64,000 nt of DNA from an uncultured Sterolibacterium sp. (GTDB lineage Bacteria > Pseudomonadota > Gammaproteobacteria > Burkholderiales > Rhodocyclaceae): contig CAYTHB010000005.1 in NCBI GenBank assembly GCA_964437515.1, positions 3,814 through 67,813 of the forward strand, in the 5' to 3' direction. The notes under the pieces were generated by a model. The model saw only the letters and a list, made by a program, of their open reading frames with translations, was not told the origin of the DNA and ran no database searches. This document shows, in pieces, positions 1 to 9,998 of this stretch. Each line of letters begins with the position of its first letter. The first letter of the stretch is position 1. Made by a program: the position numbers and the translations under genes.

Positions 1-1625
1 GCGCAACACGAGCGCAGGCTGATCGGCTTTTATATAAGGCTGCGATACGGCAACGACTGGAAAATCAGTCGAACCTGACTTTGTTTCAGCAGGCCGTTGA
101 TGATCTGGTTCTCACGGGCGATCGTGTTTGTGGTGTGGTGACGCAGCTCGGCATCCGTTTTGAAGCGCCCACCGTGGTGCTGACGGCCGGTACGTTTTTG
201 AATGGTTTGGTTCATGTGGGTTTGAGCCATTATCCGGCGGGTAGGGCGGGTGATCCTCCTGCCATTTCCTTGTCTCACCGTTTGCGCGAGATGAATTTAC
301 CCATTGGACGACTGAAAACGGGGACTCCGCCTCGGATTGATGGACGCACGATTGACTATTCAGTGTGCCAGATTCAGCCGGGGGACGACCCTGCGCCGGT
401 TTTTTCATTTATTGGGCGGCGTGAGCAGCATCCGCGTCAAGTGCCGTGCTGGATTACGCATACGAATGCGCGCACGCATGACATCATCCGCGCCGGACTG
501 GATCGTTCACCGATGTTTACCGGTGTGATTGAAGGTGTGGGGCCGCGTTATTGTCCTTCCATCGAAGACAAGATTCATCGCTTTGCCGATAAAGACAGTC
601 ACCAGATTTTTCTGGAACCCGAAGGGCTGACGACCCATGAGGTTTATCCGCAAGGCGTATCTACCAGTCTGCCGTTCGATGTACAGTTGAACTTGGTGCG
701 GAGTTTGCGGGGTCTGGAAAATGCACATATTTTGCGACCAGGCTATGCAATCGAGTACGATTATTTTGATCCGCGCAACTTGAAAACGACATTGGAAACC
801 AAGTCGATTGCAGGCTTGTTTTTTGCTGGGCAGATCAATGGCACCACGGGCTACGAAGAAGCGGCCGCGCAAGGTTTGCTGGCAGGTGTCAATGCGGCAT
901 TGCAGGCGCAGGGCAGGGAGGATGCCTGGTCGCCCCAGCGCGATCAGGCCTATCTGGGTGTGCTGGTGGATGACCTGATTACACGGGGCGTTTCCGAACC
1001 TTACCGGATGTTTACCAGTCGTGCCGAGTATCGTTTGAGTCTGCGTGAAGACAATGCCGATCTGCGCTTGACCGAGATTGGGCGAAAGCTGGGGCTGGTG
1101 GATGATCTGCGTTGGGATGCCTTTAATCGCAAACGGGATGCTATCGCTGCCGAGAGCGAGCGACTCAAAAAAACCTGGGTTCAGCCTAAACAAGTGGGTG
1201 AAGCGGATGCGTTGCGTGTGCTCGGGCAAACATTGGAGCGCGAGTATCGCCTGTTTGATCTGCTGCGCCGTCCCCCGGTCAGTTATGCCGCTCTTGCCAC
1301 CCTGCCGGGCTTTGCTGAAGCGGCGATAGAACTGGATGAAGCGGTGATCGAGCAGGTTGAGATTCAGGCGAAATATCAAGGCTATATCGATCGGCAGCAC
1401 GAGGATGTGCAGCGTGCGCAGACGCATGAGTCAATGCGTCTGCCGGTGGATCTGGACTATGCGACTGTGCACGGTCTGTCGATTGAAGTGCGCCAGCGCC
1501 TGAATCAGCATCGTCCGGAAACACTCGGGCAGGCGAGTCGTATGCAAGGGGTGACGCCTGCCGCCATTTCGTTGTTGTTGGTGCATATGAAGCGCTTGGC
1601 ACTACAGAAAGGGGTCGGCAAATGA
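1..1625 (+). CDS. mnmG: tRNA uridine 5-carboxymethylaminomethyl modification enzyme MnmG (GidA); 5' end outside window
   Basis: The frame of ORF 81..1625 stays open back to nt 3 ([30 protein letters not shown]), so TTG 81 is an internal Leu. Family motifs [50 protein letters not shown]. 4-nt overlap with rsmG. Confidence 0.95.
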   Translation, partial: ATRAQADRLLYKAAIRQRLENQSNLTLFQQAVDDLVLTGDRVCGVVTQLGIRFEAPTVVLTAGTFLNGLVHVGLSHYPAGRAGDPPAISLSHRLREMNLPIGRLKTGTPPRIDGRTIDYSVCQIQPGDDPAPVFSFIGRREQHPRQVPCWITHTNARTHDIIRAGLDRSPMFTGVIEGVGPRYCPSIEDKIHRFADKDSHQIFLEPEGLTTHEVYPQGVSTSLPFDVQLNLVRSLRGLENAHILRPGYAIEYDYFDPRNLKTTLETKSIAGLFFAGQINGTTGYEEAAAQGLLAGVNAALQAQGREDAWSPQRDQAYLGVLVDDLITRGVSEPYRMFTSRAEYRLSLREDNADLRLTEIGRKLGLVDDLRWDAFNRKRDAIAAESERLKKTWVQPKQVGEADALRVLGQTLEREYRLFDLLRRPPVSYAALATLPGFAEAAIELDEAVIEQVEIQAKYQGYIDRQHEDVQRAQTHESMRLPVDLDYATVHGLSIEVRQRLNQHRPETLGQASRMQGVTPAAISLLLVHMKRLALQKGVGK

Positions 1626-2260
1626 GTGCTGCGGCATCCGTTGCTTCGCTGTTGCATACAGGCATCCGTCAGCTTGAACTGAGTTTGCCCGAGGGTACGG
1701 AAGCGCGTTTGCTGGCGTATTTGTCGTTGTTGAGTAAATGGAATCGCGTGCATAACCTCACCGCGGTACGCGATGAACAGCAGATGGTGAGTCATCATTT
1801 GCTGGACTCCTTGACCGTTCTTCCCCATCTTGCGGGCTATGCCTCGTTGGCGGATGTGGGCAGCGGCGGTGGCTTGCCGGGGATTCCGCTGGCCTTGGCG
1901 CGACCGGACAGGGCGGTGACTCTGATCGAAGCGAATCACAAGAAAGCCAGCTTTCTTCAACAGGCCAAAATCGAGTTGGGTTTGAGTAATGTGAGTGTCC
2001 ACTGTGGCCGTGTCGAAGATTACATGCCCCCCCTGTTGTTTGATGCCGTCATTTCCCGGGCTTTTTCAGAGTTGGCACTGTTTGTCCAGGTGGCAGGACA
2101 TTTATGCGCGCCAAACTCACCGTTGCTGGCGATGAAAGGTGTTGATCCTGAAGAGGAAGTTGCTCGATTACCGAGCGGTTGGTGCGTAGCGCAGACACAG
2201 TCGCTACACGTTCCGGGGCTGGATGCTCAACGTCATTTGCTGACGATTCTGCGCAATTAA
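1622..2260 (+). CDS. rsmG: 16S rRNA (guanine527-N7)-methyltransferase RsmG (GidB)
   Basis: 212 aa. SAM-binding motif [18 protein letters not shown] overlap with mnmG stop. Conserved mnmG-rsmG-parA-parB order. Confidence 0.9.
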   Translation: MSAAASVASLLHTGIRQLELSLPEGTEARLLAYLSLLSKWNRVHNLTAVRDEQQMVSHHLLDSLTVLPHLAGYASLADVGSGGGLPGIPLALARPDRAVTLIEANHKKASFLQQAKIELGLSNVSVHCGRVEDYMPPLLFDAVISRAFSELALFVQVAGHLCAPNSPLLAMKGVDPEEEVARLPSGWCVAQTQSLHVPGLDAQRHLLTILRN

Positions 2261-2272
2261 AAGGAAATCCCC

Positions 2273-3046
2273 ATGCATATTTTTGCCATTGCAAACCAAA
2301 AAGGTGGTGTCGGCAAGACCACGACTTCGGTCAATCTGGCGGCAGCACTCGCGGCCAAAGGGCAGCGCACCTTGTTGATCGATCTCGATCCGCAAGGCAA
2401 TGCCACGATGGGCAGTGGTGTGGATAAACGGTCTCTGGAAAAGTCCGTTTATCACCTGCTGGTGGGGCTGGCGACACTGACGGAAGTTCGGGTGAGCAGC
2501 GAGGCCAAGTATGATGTTCTCCCCGCCAATCGCGATCTGGCAGGGGCGGAAATCGAAATGGTGGAACTGGAACGTCGCGAACATCGGCTCAAGGAGGCGT
2601 TGGCGGCGCACGCCACCGAATACGATTTTGTGCTCATCGATTGTCCGCCTTCGCTGTCCATGCTGACACTCAATGGCTTGTGTGCGGCACATAATGTCAT
2701 CATTCCAATGCAATGTGAATACTATGCGTTGGAAGGATTGTCTGATCTGGTCAATACAATTAAGAAAGTGCATGCTCACCTCAACCGGGATCTCAAAGTG
2801 ATTGGCATTCTTCGGGTGATGTTCGATAGTCGAGCCACCTTGGGGCACCAGGTATCGGCTGAACTGGAACAGCATTTTGGCGACAAGGTGTTCAAAACCG
2901 TAATCCCCCGCAATATCCGCCTGGCCGAGGCACCCAGTTATGGCATTCCGGGGGTGCTTTTTGATAAAAGTTCCAAAGGTGCGCAGGCGTATCTGGCTTT
3001 TGCGACGGAATTGATGACGCGAACTGCAATCAAGGAGACAGTATGA
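2273..3046 (+). CDS. parA: Chromosome partitioning ATPase ParA/Soj
   Basis: 257 aa. N-terminal deviant Walker A NQKGGVGKTTT. ParA family throughout. 4-nt overlap with parB. Confidence 0.92.
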   Translation: MHIFAIANQKGGVGKTTTSVNLAAALAAKGQRTLLIDLDPQGNATMGSGVDKRSLEKSVYHLLVGLATLTEVRVSSEAKYDVLPANRDLAGAEIEMVELERREHRLKEALAAHATEYDFVLIDCPPSLSMLTLNGLCAAHNVIIPMQCEYYALEGLSDLVNTIKKVHAHLNRDLKVIGILRVMFDSRATLGHQVSAELEQHFGDKVFKTVIPRNIRLAEAPSYGIPGVLFDKSSKGAQAYLAFATELMTRTAIKETV

Positions 3047-3918
3047 ATCCCCCGAAAAAGAAAGGCCTGGGGCGTGGCCTGGACGCTTTGCTGGATACGC
3101 AGACGACGCAGGAATCCACACGACAGGACAGCTTGCCAGTGACCCGCTTGCAACCGGGCAAGTACCAGCCACGTACCCGCATGGATCAAGACTCGCTCAA
3201 TGAGCTGGCGGCATCGATCAAGGCGCAGGGCATCATGCAGCCGATACTCGTCCGGCCGGTGGGTGAAGATCGCTATGAAATCATTGCCGGCGAGCGTCGC
3301 TGGCGTGCCGCACAGCTGGCTGGGGTCAGCGAAGTGCCGGTGCTGGTGCGCGAAATCCCCGATGAAGCCACGCTGGCGATGTCGTTGATCGAAAACATCC
3401 AGCGCGAAAACCTCAACCCGCTCGAAGAAGCGGCTGGCATTCAGCGCTTGATCGACGAGTTTGGCATGAGCCATCAGCAAGCCGCCGATGCCGTGGGTCG
3501 TTCTCGGCCTGCCGCCTCCAATCTGCTGCGTCTGCTGCACCTGGCCAAGCCCGTACAGGAATGTCTGTTTTCCGGCGAGCTCGATATGGGCCATGCGCGT
3601 GCCTTGCTACCGTTATCCAAAATAGAGCAGGCACGACTGGCGGCGATGGTGGTGCATAAACGCTTGTCGGTGCGTGAAACGGAAAAGCTGGTACAGCGTG
3701 AATTGCATCCACCGGCAGAGCGTGAAACGACCAGCTCAGGCAAGGTGGATCGTGATTTGCTGCGTTTGCAGGAAACACTGGCTGATACGCTGGGCGCGTC
3801 GGTCAAGCTGGTCACCCGCAAGAAAGGTGCGGGGAGCCTGACCATCGATTTCAATAGTCTCGATCAGTTGGATGGATTGCTGGAACGCCTAGGGCTTACT
3901 CAAGACAGGGATGCTTGA
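3043..3918 (+). CDS. parB: Chromosome partitioning protein ParB/Spo0J
   Basis: 291 aa. ParB-box motifs ([27 protein letters not shown]) and HTH ([23 protein letters not shown]). Directly follows parA. Confidence 0.92.
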   Translation: MNPPKKKGLGRGLDALLDTQTTQESTRQDSLPVTRLQPGKYQPRTRMDQDSLNELAASIKAQGIMQPILVRPVGEDRYEIIAGERRWRAAQLAGVSEVPVLVREIPDEATLAMSLIENIQRENLNPLEEAAGIQRLIDEFGMSHQQAADAVGRSRPAASNLLRLLHLAKPVQECLFSGELDMGHARALLPLSKIEQARLAAMVVHKRLSVRETEKLVQRELHPPAERETTSSGKVDRDLLRLQETLADTLGASVKLVTRKKGAGSLTIDFNSLDQLDGLLERLGLTQDRDA

Positions 3919-3969
3919 GTCTGGAAGTGTGAGCGAGTGAGCATGTGTGGCGTGGCTCATGCCACCGAT

Positions 3970-5241
3970 TCATTCCTCGGGCGTGCGTTCTTCTTCCTTG
4001 CGCCCCGGACGGAGCCCCAGATCCTTGAGCTTTCGATAAAGGTGGGTGCGTTCAAGACCTGTTTTTTCAGCAAGACGTGTCATGTTGTGGCCATCGATGC
4101 GTAAATGGTGTTCAAAATAGATGCGCTCGAAAGATTCTCGCGCTTCACGCAGTGGCAGACTCAGCATTTCGGATGAAAACCCGTTGGGAATCGGGTTGCC
4201 ATGTCCTTGCGCAGCAAAAAGTCGGGTGACATCTTCGGCTTGGATTTCCTCATCCAGTGCTGCGGCGGCCAGCGATTTCACGGTGTTTTTCAATTCATCG
4301 TAACCGCCAGGCCAATCGTGCTGCCGTAGCATGTTGAGTGCCGTTGGAGAAAAACGCCGGACAGGGGCTTCTTTGGTTTCGGTGCGTTGCGCGAGCAAGT
4401 GGGTCGCTATTTCTGGAATGTCCTCACGCAGATCGGTCATGGATGGGATGGCGAGCCAGACATCGAAAAGCTGTTTGAGCTGGTTGTCATCCCAGCCCTG
4501 GGCGGTGAGTGTGGCCGGATCCATGGCGGTCGCGGCGATCAGGCGTAGATCGTAACGTGCCAGCCGTTCGGCGGCAAAGACGAGGTTCTTTTGCTGCAAG
4601 CGGTTCATGCGTCCCAATTCATCGACAAACAGCAAACCTCCGCGAACTTCTTCTAATGCTTCCAGTGTGAGCGGGGTGCTGTCCTGGGTCAGGTCGAGCC
4701 AGGCGCGAGCGGGTGACAACAGGGTGCGTGCGGCCAATTCTGCCATACCACCCGGTGCGGAGCGCAGCATGACCGTGCGGCTGCTCGTGGCAACCTGTTC
4801 CAGTCGCTTCTTGAGATCACGCAAGGCGGCTGATCGTGTAAATGCGGCAAGTGTCAGCCCGGTTGTGGCGGGTGCCGGTTTTTTGGCGAGTCCTTTTTTA
4901 ACGGTTGCCAGCAGTTTTTGAAGCGCGATGGGTTTTTCCAGAAAATCAATCGCACCGATACGCGTTGCTTCAACGGCGGTATCAATGGTGCCGTGACCTG
5001 ACATCATGATGACGGGCAGAGTGAGTAATCCGTTGCTTGCCCACTCCTTGAGGAGCGTGATTCCATCGGTTTCGGGCATCCAGATGTCAAGCAACACCAG
5101 ATCGATGCGCTCGTTTTCGCGAGCGATTCGAGCTGCGGCAGCATTCTCTGCGAGGCGTACATCATGACCCTCATCGGCAAGAATTTCCGAGAGTAATTCT
5201 CGTATGCCAATTTCATCGTCAACAACCAGTATCCGTGCCAT
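3970..5241 (-). CDS. ntrX: NtrX-like response regulator (receiver + degenerate AAA+ + Fis-type HTH)
   Basis: 423 aa. Receiver domain (VVDDE...DLVLLDIWMP). Central domain keeps Walker B-like LLFVDELG but has no GxxxxGK[ST] P-loop and no GAFTGA. C-terminal HTH NMTRLAEKTGLERTHLYRKLKDLG. Immediately downstream of ntrY. Confidence 0.75.
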   Translation of the reverse strand: MARILVVDDEIGIRELLSEILADEGHDVRLAENAAAARIARENERIDLVLLDIWMPETDGITLLKEWASNGLLTLPVIMMSGHGTIDTAVEATRIGAIDFLEKPIALQKLLATVKKGLAKKPAPATTGLTLAAFTRSAALRDLKKRLEQVATSSRTVMLRSAPGGMAELAARTLLSPARAWLDLTQDSTPLTLEALEEVRGGLLFVDELGRMNRLQQKNLVFAAERLARYDLRLIAATAMDPATLTAQGWDDNQLKQLFDVWLAIPSMTDLREDIPEIATHLLAQRTETKEAPVRRFSPTALNMLRQHDWPGGYDELKNTVKSLAAAALDEEIQAEDVTRLFAAQGHGNPIPNGFSSEMLSLPLREARESFERIYFEHHLRIDGHNMTRLAEKTGLERTHLYRKLKDLGLRPGRKEEERTPEE

Positions 5242-5265
5242 GTTGGTTCCTTGAGGTTGCTAGGA

Positions 5266-7470
5266 TTATGCCAGAGGCAGATGAAGTGTGACTTCTGCGC
5301 CGTGGGGATTGCAATTGGCGATACGAATATCGCCTCCATGTTCATCGATGATTTTCTTGACGATGGCCAGCCCGAGTCCGGTTCCTTTGGACTTTGTCGT
5401 GACATAAGGCTCAAAGGCATGCGTCAATATTTGCGCGGGGAAACCGCAGCCATTGTCTTTCACTGTAATCGAAACGCCCGTGTCATCCCGTTGGGTTGAC
5501 AGGTGAATTTCAGGTGTCTGATCCGGGAATTCTTTGCGGGCATCCTCACCGGCTTCCTGCGCGTTTTTCAGCAGGTTATGAATGACTTGACGCAGTTGTG
5601 CCGGATCACCGGCTACGGCGGGGAGTTGAGGCGTCAGTTTTGCATCCGGGCGGGCCATACTGTTTTCATAGAGATCCAATACCTCCTGAATGAGTGTGTT
5701 CAGGTCGATGGCCTGAATCTGCGCAGGTGGCATACGTGCGTAATCACGGAATTCATTCACCATGCTTTTCATCGCCTCTACCTGATTGACAATGGTGCGT
5801 GTCGCCCGATTCAACAGGGCGCGTGCTTCGTCATCGAGCTTGTCAGAGAGCTTGTGTTGCAGCCGTTCAGCAGAAAGCTGTATGGGCGTCAGAGGATTCT
5901 TGATTTCATGCGCCAGTCGTCGTGCTACTTCGCCCCAGGCCAAAGAGCGTTGAGCGGCGATTAGTCGGGTGATGTCGTCGAAGACAAGCACATAGCCTCC
6001 GCCCGTGGCATTGGGTAGTGTGGAGCCTCTAATCAGAAGGACTTGGGTCACGCGCATTCCACCGGTTTCGGTGCTGCCGATTTCGAGTTGTTGCTGCCAT
6101 GTCCGGAGTTCGGAGGACGGTGCGTCTAGTGGCATGAAGCCCTGGAGAATCGCTGTTCTGAATTCAGCATGACGTGGCCAGTCGCTTAGGGGCAGGTCGT
6201 CGATGTCATTCAATGGGTCATTCAAAATGGTGCAGGCACCCCGGTTGTTGGCACGCAACATGAATTGACGATCAAAAGCCATGACTCCGGATGACAGATT
6301 GGCCAGCACACTTTCCAGATAGGCACTGGCCGCTTCGACCTTGCTGCGATGACGCTCGGTTTCCTCGCGGGCTTCGGAGAGCTGGCGGGTCATGCGATTG
6401 AAAGACTGGGTCAGAACGCCTAGTTCATCGTGAGTTTCCAGTGAGGCGCGCGGGGTGAAATCACCGGCAGCCACCGCTTGTGTACCTTCGGCCAGAATCA
6501 GCAAGGGTGCTGCAATGCGACGCGCCAGCAGAAGTGCGAGTGCGGTGGCGGCAAAGAGTGCCAAGAGCAGGGTCAAGGTCAAGGACAGCATGTAAATACG
6601 ATTGAGCCCCGAGCGTCCCAAGGATAATTCCTGATAATCTCGATAAGCCGATTCCACGCTGCTGGCACTTTGGGCGATTGTCGATGGTACGGTGCGGGTG
6701 GCTTGCAGTATGCGTGCCTCGCTTGCCGGGGCATCACCGGATAACGGCATTCGTATCCATACGCGCAATATCAGCCCACCTTTGCCGTTGTCTTCAATCC
6801 GCGATCCGCCCGTTTTGACGTGCTGTGCTTCTTGCACGAGAGGAACAGCAGATACAGCAGATAGTGGAGTGATCGGCGGTGCCGTGGGAGGCGGGGCATT
6901 GGGTTGGTTGGTGCTGTGTGCCAGAACTCGCCCCCGTGCCGAAAAAAGGGTCAGGCTCGTCAGGTTGGCTTGTTCGCGGAGCTTGTCGAAGCGTGCCGGA
7001 CGGGTATCCTGGGGGTGGCTTAACTGTGCAGCAAGACGTGCTGTCTGTTCGCGAAGTTCGTCCAGTTGGCCATCGAGTACATTGCGGGCGAGTTGCAGCC
7101 CCCCTTCTAACGCACGGTCGACGCGTACATCAAACCATGAATCGATGCTGTTGACGACAAACTGCATCGATACGCCATACACCAAGGCACCGGGCAACAC
7201 GGCCAGCAAAGCCAGCATCAACAACAGGCGAGACTTGAGGCGCACGCCAAAGATTCCCTGTCTGTATTCGCGGCGCAGGCGCGCCAGCTGGATGAGCACG
7301 GCCACCAACAGGGTGACGATCAGCAATACATTCAGTCCGATTAGCAGTGGATAGTCGTGCGCAAACAGGGCGGTGTTCGCGCTGGCGGTGGTCAGCAGGA
7401 ACAATAAGATGGCACTGAGCGTAAAGCCCAGCACGGCGATGAGGATGGCGGATTTTTTCCGGAAAGCCAT
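5266..7470 (-). CDS. ntrY: NtrY-like sensor histidine kinase (TM-HAMP-PAS-HisKA-HATPase)
   Basis: H-box LAHEIKNPLTPIQLSAERL. ATPase boxes NLLKNAQEA, DNGCGF, GTGLGLAIVKKI. N-terminal TM helices. Start set at ATG 7470 (MAFRKK) because the five upstream codons (MYFTL) are repeat-element sequence. Confidence 0.8.
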   Translation of the reverse strand: MAFRKKSAILIAVLGFTLSAILLFLLTTASANTALFAHDYPLLIGLNVLLIVTLLVAVLIQLARLRREYRQGIFGVRLKSRLLLMLALLAVLPGALVYGVSMQFVVNSIDSWFDVRVDRALEGGLQLARNVLDGQLDELREQTARLAAQLSHPQDTRPARFDKLREQANLTSLTLFSARGRVLAHSTNQPNAPPPTAPPITPLSAVSAVPLVQEAQHVKTGGSRIEDNGKGGLILRVWIRMPLSGDAPASEARILQATRTVPSTIAQSASSVESAYRDYQELSLGRSGLNRIYMLSLTLTLLLALFAATALALLLARRIAAPLLILAEGTQAVAAGDFTPRASLETHDELGVLTQSFNRMTRQLSEAREETERHRSKVEAASAYLESVLANLSSGVMAFDRQFMLRANNRGACTILNDPLNDIDDLPLSDWPRHAEFRTAILQGFMPLDAPSSELRTWQQQLEIGSTETGGMRVTQVLLIRGSTLPNATGGGYVLVFDDITRLIAAQRSLAWGEVARRLAHEIKNPLTPIQLSAERLQHKLSDKLDDEARALLNRATRTIVNQVEAMKSMVNEFRDYARMPPAQIQAIDLNTLIQEVLDLYENSMARPDAKLTPQLPAVAGDPAQLRQVIHNLLKNAQEAGEDARKEFPDQTPEIHLSTQRDDTGVSITVKDNGCGFPAQILTHAFEPYVTTKSKGTGLGLAIVKKIIDEHGGDIRIANCNPHGAEVTLHLPLA

Positions 7471-7631
7471 TAGCGTGAAATACAAAAATCAGAGTCGGGT
7501 TGAAGTTTCGAGCGTAGCGAACCAATCAGTAGCCGCCCCTTGAGGGGGCGGATGGGTGGGGTAGGCGTATTTGGTATCGGGTAACGATTATTTCATCCTC
7601 TGCGGGTGGAGATGGTCACCATGATCGTTAG
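7470..7631 (+). repeat. Interspersed ~154-nt structured element, copy 1 of 6 (162 nt)
   Basis: TTAG|CGTGAAATACAAAAATCAGAGTCGGGTTGAAG...GGGTAACGATTATTTCATCCTCTGCGGGTGGAGATGGTCACCATGATCGTTAG. Aligns end to end with the copies at 9696, 14054, 22272, 29979 and 32369. Confidence 0.9.
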
Positions 7632-8263
7632 TGATTCTCGTAGACGGATGCGCTTCCGGGAATGAATTGCCAGTGCAGGACACGGGCTTCGATCGTCCAG
7701 TCCTTGTTGGCGATGGCATCGAGCTGGAGGGGCTTGGGGAGCTGTTGGCGATCGAGCGATAAACGCGTGGCAACCTGATAAGGCTCACCCAGTTTGAGCT
7801 TGTTGCGATCGACGACTGGCAAGGCCACAGTGCGTCCCATGACACGCAGGGCTTCGGCCAGTTTTGGGAAATCCTGGCTCAATCCACGTCCGCCACTGGA
7901 GAGGCGGTAAACGCGTGAGAGCGGAATGTAAGCCAGACGATAATTGAAAGTACGACCGGCGATATGTTCTCCCGGCCAGAACCAGCGATTGCGTGTGATT
8001 TCGACTTCGAGCTGAAAATACAGCGGGACACCCCGCAGCAGGATGTCTTCGAGATAGCTGCCTAGGTCAATATTGAAATCGGCCGTGAGCACATACGTCT
8101 CATCATTGGCCGTCAGCCGTGCCGAACGAGCTTCGATGCTACCGGCTTGTGCCAGCGGAGGGGTGGTGATACTGAACAGGCAAAGCAGGAACGTCAGAAC
8201 CAGTGTGCGCCAGCGCCATGGGGCGAAGGCGACGGGGTCAGCAACGTTTTTGCAAAAGCGCAT
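7628..8263 (-). CDS. DUF4390 domain protein (conserved rsmB-ntrY linker gene)
   Basis: Start chosen at MRFCKNV (residue 82 of ORF 7628..8506), giving a signal-like N-terminus. Family-typical LYFQLEVEITRNRWFWP...YRLAYIPLSRVYRL. Conserved position between rsmB and ntrY in betaproteobacteria. Confidence 0.7.
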   Translation of the reverse strand: MRFCKNVADPVAFAPWRWRTLVLTFLLCLFSITTPPLAQAGSIEARSARLTANDETYVLTADFNIDLGSYLEDILLRGVPLYFQLEVEITRNRWFWPGEHIAGRTFNYRLAYIPLSRVYRLSSGGRGLSQDFPKLAEALRVMGRTVALPVVDRNKLKLGEPYQVATRLSLDRQQLPKPLQLDAIANKDWTIEARVLHWQFIPGSASVYENH

Positions 8264-9638
8264 AAAAAAAGCCGTCGTGTTCCGCGCTGGGGATGAGTTG
8301 AAGGAAGCCGTCGTGCCGAGGGGCTGGGGTCGTGCCTGCGGGGGGCGACAGCGGCAGCGTGTGAGCATCGGTATGACGGTGCAAAAAAGCATCGATCTGG
8401 GCGGTATTTTCCAATGGAAACAAGGAGCAGGTGCAGTAAAGCATTTTGCCACCTGGCGCGAGTGTGCGCCACAGAGCATCGAGAATTTCACGTTGCGTTC
8501 GGGCAAAGCCGATCACATCCTGTTCGCGCCGTAACCACTTGATGTCCGGATGACGGCGAACCACGCCGGAAGCCGAGCAGGGAACGTCGGCCAGAATGCG
8601 GTCAAAAGGGCGGCCATCCCACCATGCGTCGACATCACGGCAGTCGGCAGTTTTGACTGTCGCGCCATGAGCAAGATTCAGACGGTGCAGATTCTCCTCG
8701 ATACGTTTGCTGCGGCTGGCATCCGCTTCCAGTGCCAAGAGTTCGACATGGACACGCTCCAGCAGGTGTGTGGCCTTGCCGCCGGGAGCGGCGCAGGCAT
8801 CGAGGATGCGTTGCCCATCCTTTGCATCGAGCAGATAGGCGGCTTGCTGTGCGCCCCAATCTTGTACCGTCACCTGGCCTGCAAAAAAGCCGGGCAGTTT
8901 GTCCACGGCGACAGGGCGTTCCAGTCGTATCGCAGCGACATCAAGAACCTGAGCCGGGATGTTCAATGCATTCAGTGCTGCACAATAATCGGCGGTATTC
9001 TCCTGCCGTTGATTGACGCGCAAGGTCATGGGGGGATGCGTGTTTCCGGTCTGGAGAATGGCTTGCCATTGTTCGTGGGTGGCGTAAGCCGTGCGTATCT
9101 TGTCGATCCACCAGCATGGGGTGCGGTAATGAGCAACGACGTCATTGTTTGCATCAGTTAGTAGTGACTCACTTTGACGTATTCTGTTGCGTAGCAATGC
9201 ATTTGCTAAAGCCTTGAACTGTCCGCGCCCGATGCGTGCGGCCGCTTCGACGGCTTGATCCACCGTGGTATGCGCATCTTCGGAGCGTGTTTCGAGCCGG
9301 TACAAGGCGACGAGCAGCAAGGCGCGCAACAAGGTTTTGCTGCTTTGCGTATCGGACGATTCCAGCGGTTCGCGCAGCAAACGCTGCAATAGAAAATCGC
9401 CCCGACCATATTGACGCAAGGTGCCGTAAGCTAAATCCTGTATGGCGCCACGCATCGCCGGTGTGGGGGCGTGGGTTTGCCAGCAGGCACTCAACGTGTG
9501 ATCGAGATTGCGTCCCGCAATCACCTGCTGCACGGCTTCCGCCGCACGCAGTAGCGCAAAGGCAAGCGAGTCACTGGGAAGAGGTGATAAGGGCGGCGGG
9601 GGTGCGGAGTGAGTGCGATTGGGTGAACGAGGTTTCAT
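8238..9638 (-). CDS. rsmB: 16S rRNA (cytosine967-C5)-methyltransferase RsmB (Sun)
   Basis: NusB-like N-terminal half plus m5C MTase core (DACAAPGGKATH, DRILADVPCSASGVVRRHPDIKW, GGKMLYCTCS). Start at MKPRSP (ATG 9638). Confidence 0.88.
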   Translation of the reverse strand: MKPRSPNRTHSAPPPPLSPLPSDSLAFALLRAAEAVQQVIAGRNLDHTLSACWQTHAPTPAMRGAIQDLAYGTLRQYGRGDFLLQRLLREPLESSDTQSSKTLLRALLLVALYRLETRSEDAHTTVDQAVEAAARIGRGQFKALANALLRNRIRQSESLLTDANNDVVAHYRTPCWWIDKIRTAYATHEQWQAILQTGNTHPPMTLRVNQRQENTADYCAALNALNIPAQVLDVAAIRLERPVAVDKLPGFFAGQVTVQDWGAQQAAYLLDAKDGQRILDACAAPGGKATHLLERVHVELLALEADASRSKRIEENLHRLNLAHGATVKTADCRDVDAWWDGRPFDRILADVPCSASGVVRRHPDIKWLRREQDVIGFARTQREILDALWRTLAPGGKMLYCTCSLFPLENTAQIDAFLHRHTDAHTLPLSPPAGTTPAPRHDGFLQLIPSAEHDGFFYALLQKRC

Positions 9639-9695
9639 GGGCGCGCATCCTAGCATGGGCGTGCTACTGTGGATTTTTGCTGCATGAGATATCTG

Positions 9696-9849
9696 TTAGC
9701 GTGAAATACAAAAATCAGAGTCGCGTTGAAGCTTCGAGCATAGCGAGCAAATCAGTAGCCGCCCCTTGAGGGGCGGATGGGTGGGGTGGGCGTATCGGGT
9801 AACGATTATTTCATCCTCTGTGGGTGGAGATGGCTACCATGATCGTTAA
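9696..9849 (+). repeat. Interspersed ~154-nt structured element, copy 2 of 6
   Basis: TTAG at left junction, ends ...CATGATCGTTAA. Full-length alignment with the other copies. Confidence 0.9.
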
Positions 9850-9998
9850 TCCAAAGCTTACGGCACCCTCGCTGTGAATGGGGTAGCGGACATTTCAGTT
9901 TTGGATTGACACCTTCCGAGTTCGGTCGCTTTGGTCGCCAGTTGGAAAAATTTGCACTATCCTGCTGTCCTTGACCAATCTTCGACTGACCCCATTCC

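Noticed and set aside
7471-7485. MYFTL N-terminal extensions on ntrY, on the crp-family gene (22261-22287) and on ORF 32001-32384.
   Set aside because: The five codons are the reverse complement of the conserved left end of the repeat element (AGCGTGAAATACAA). This is the same non-coding sequence read through by the ORF caller. Better starts exist downstream, and the third ORF is antisense to the SDR gene.
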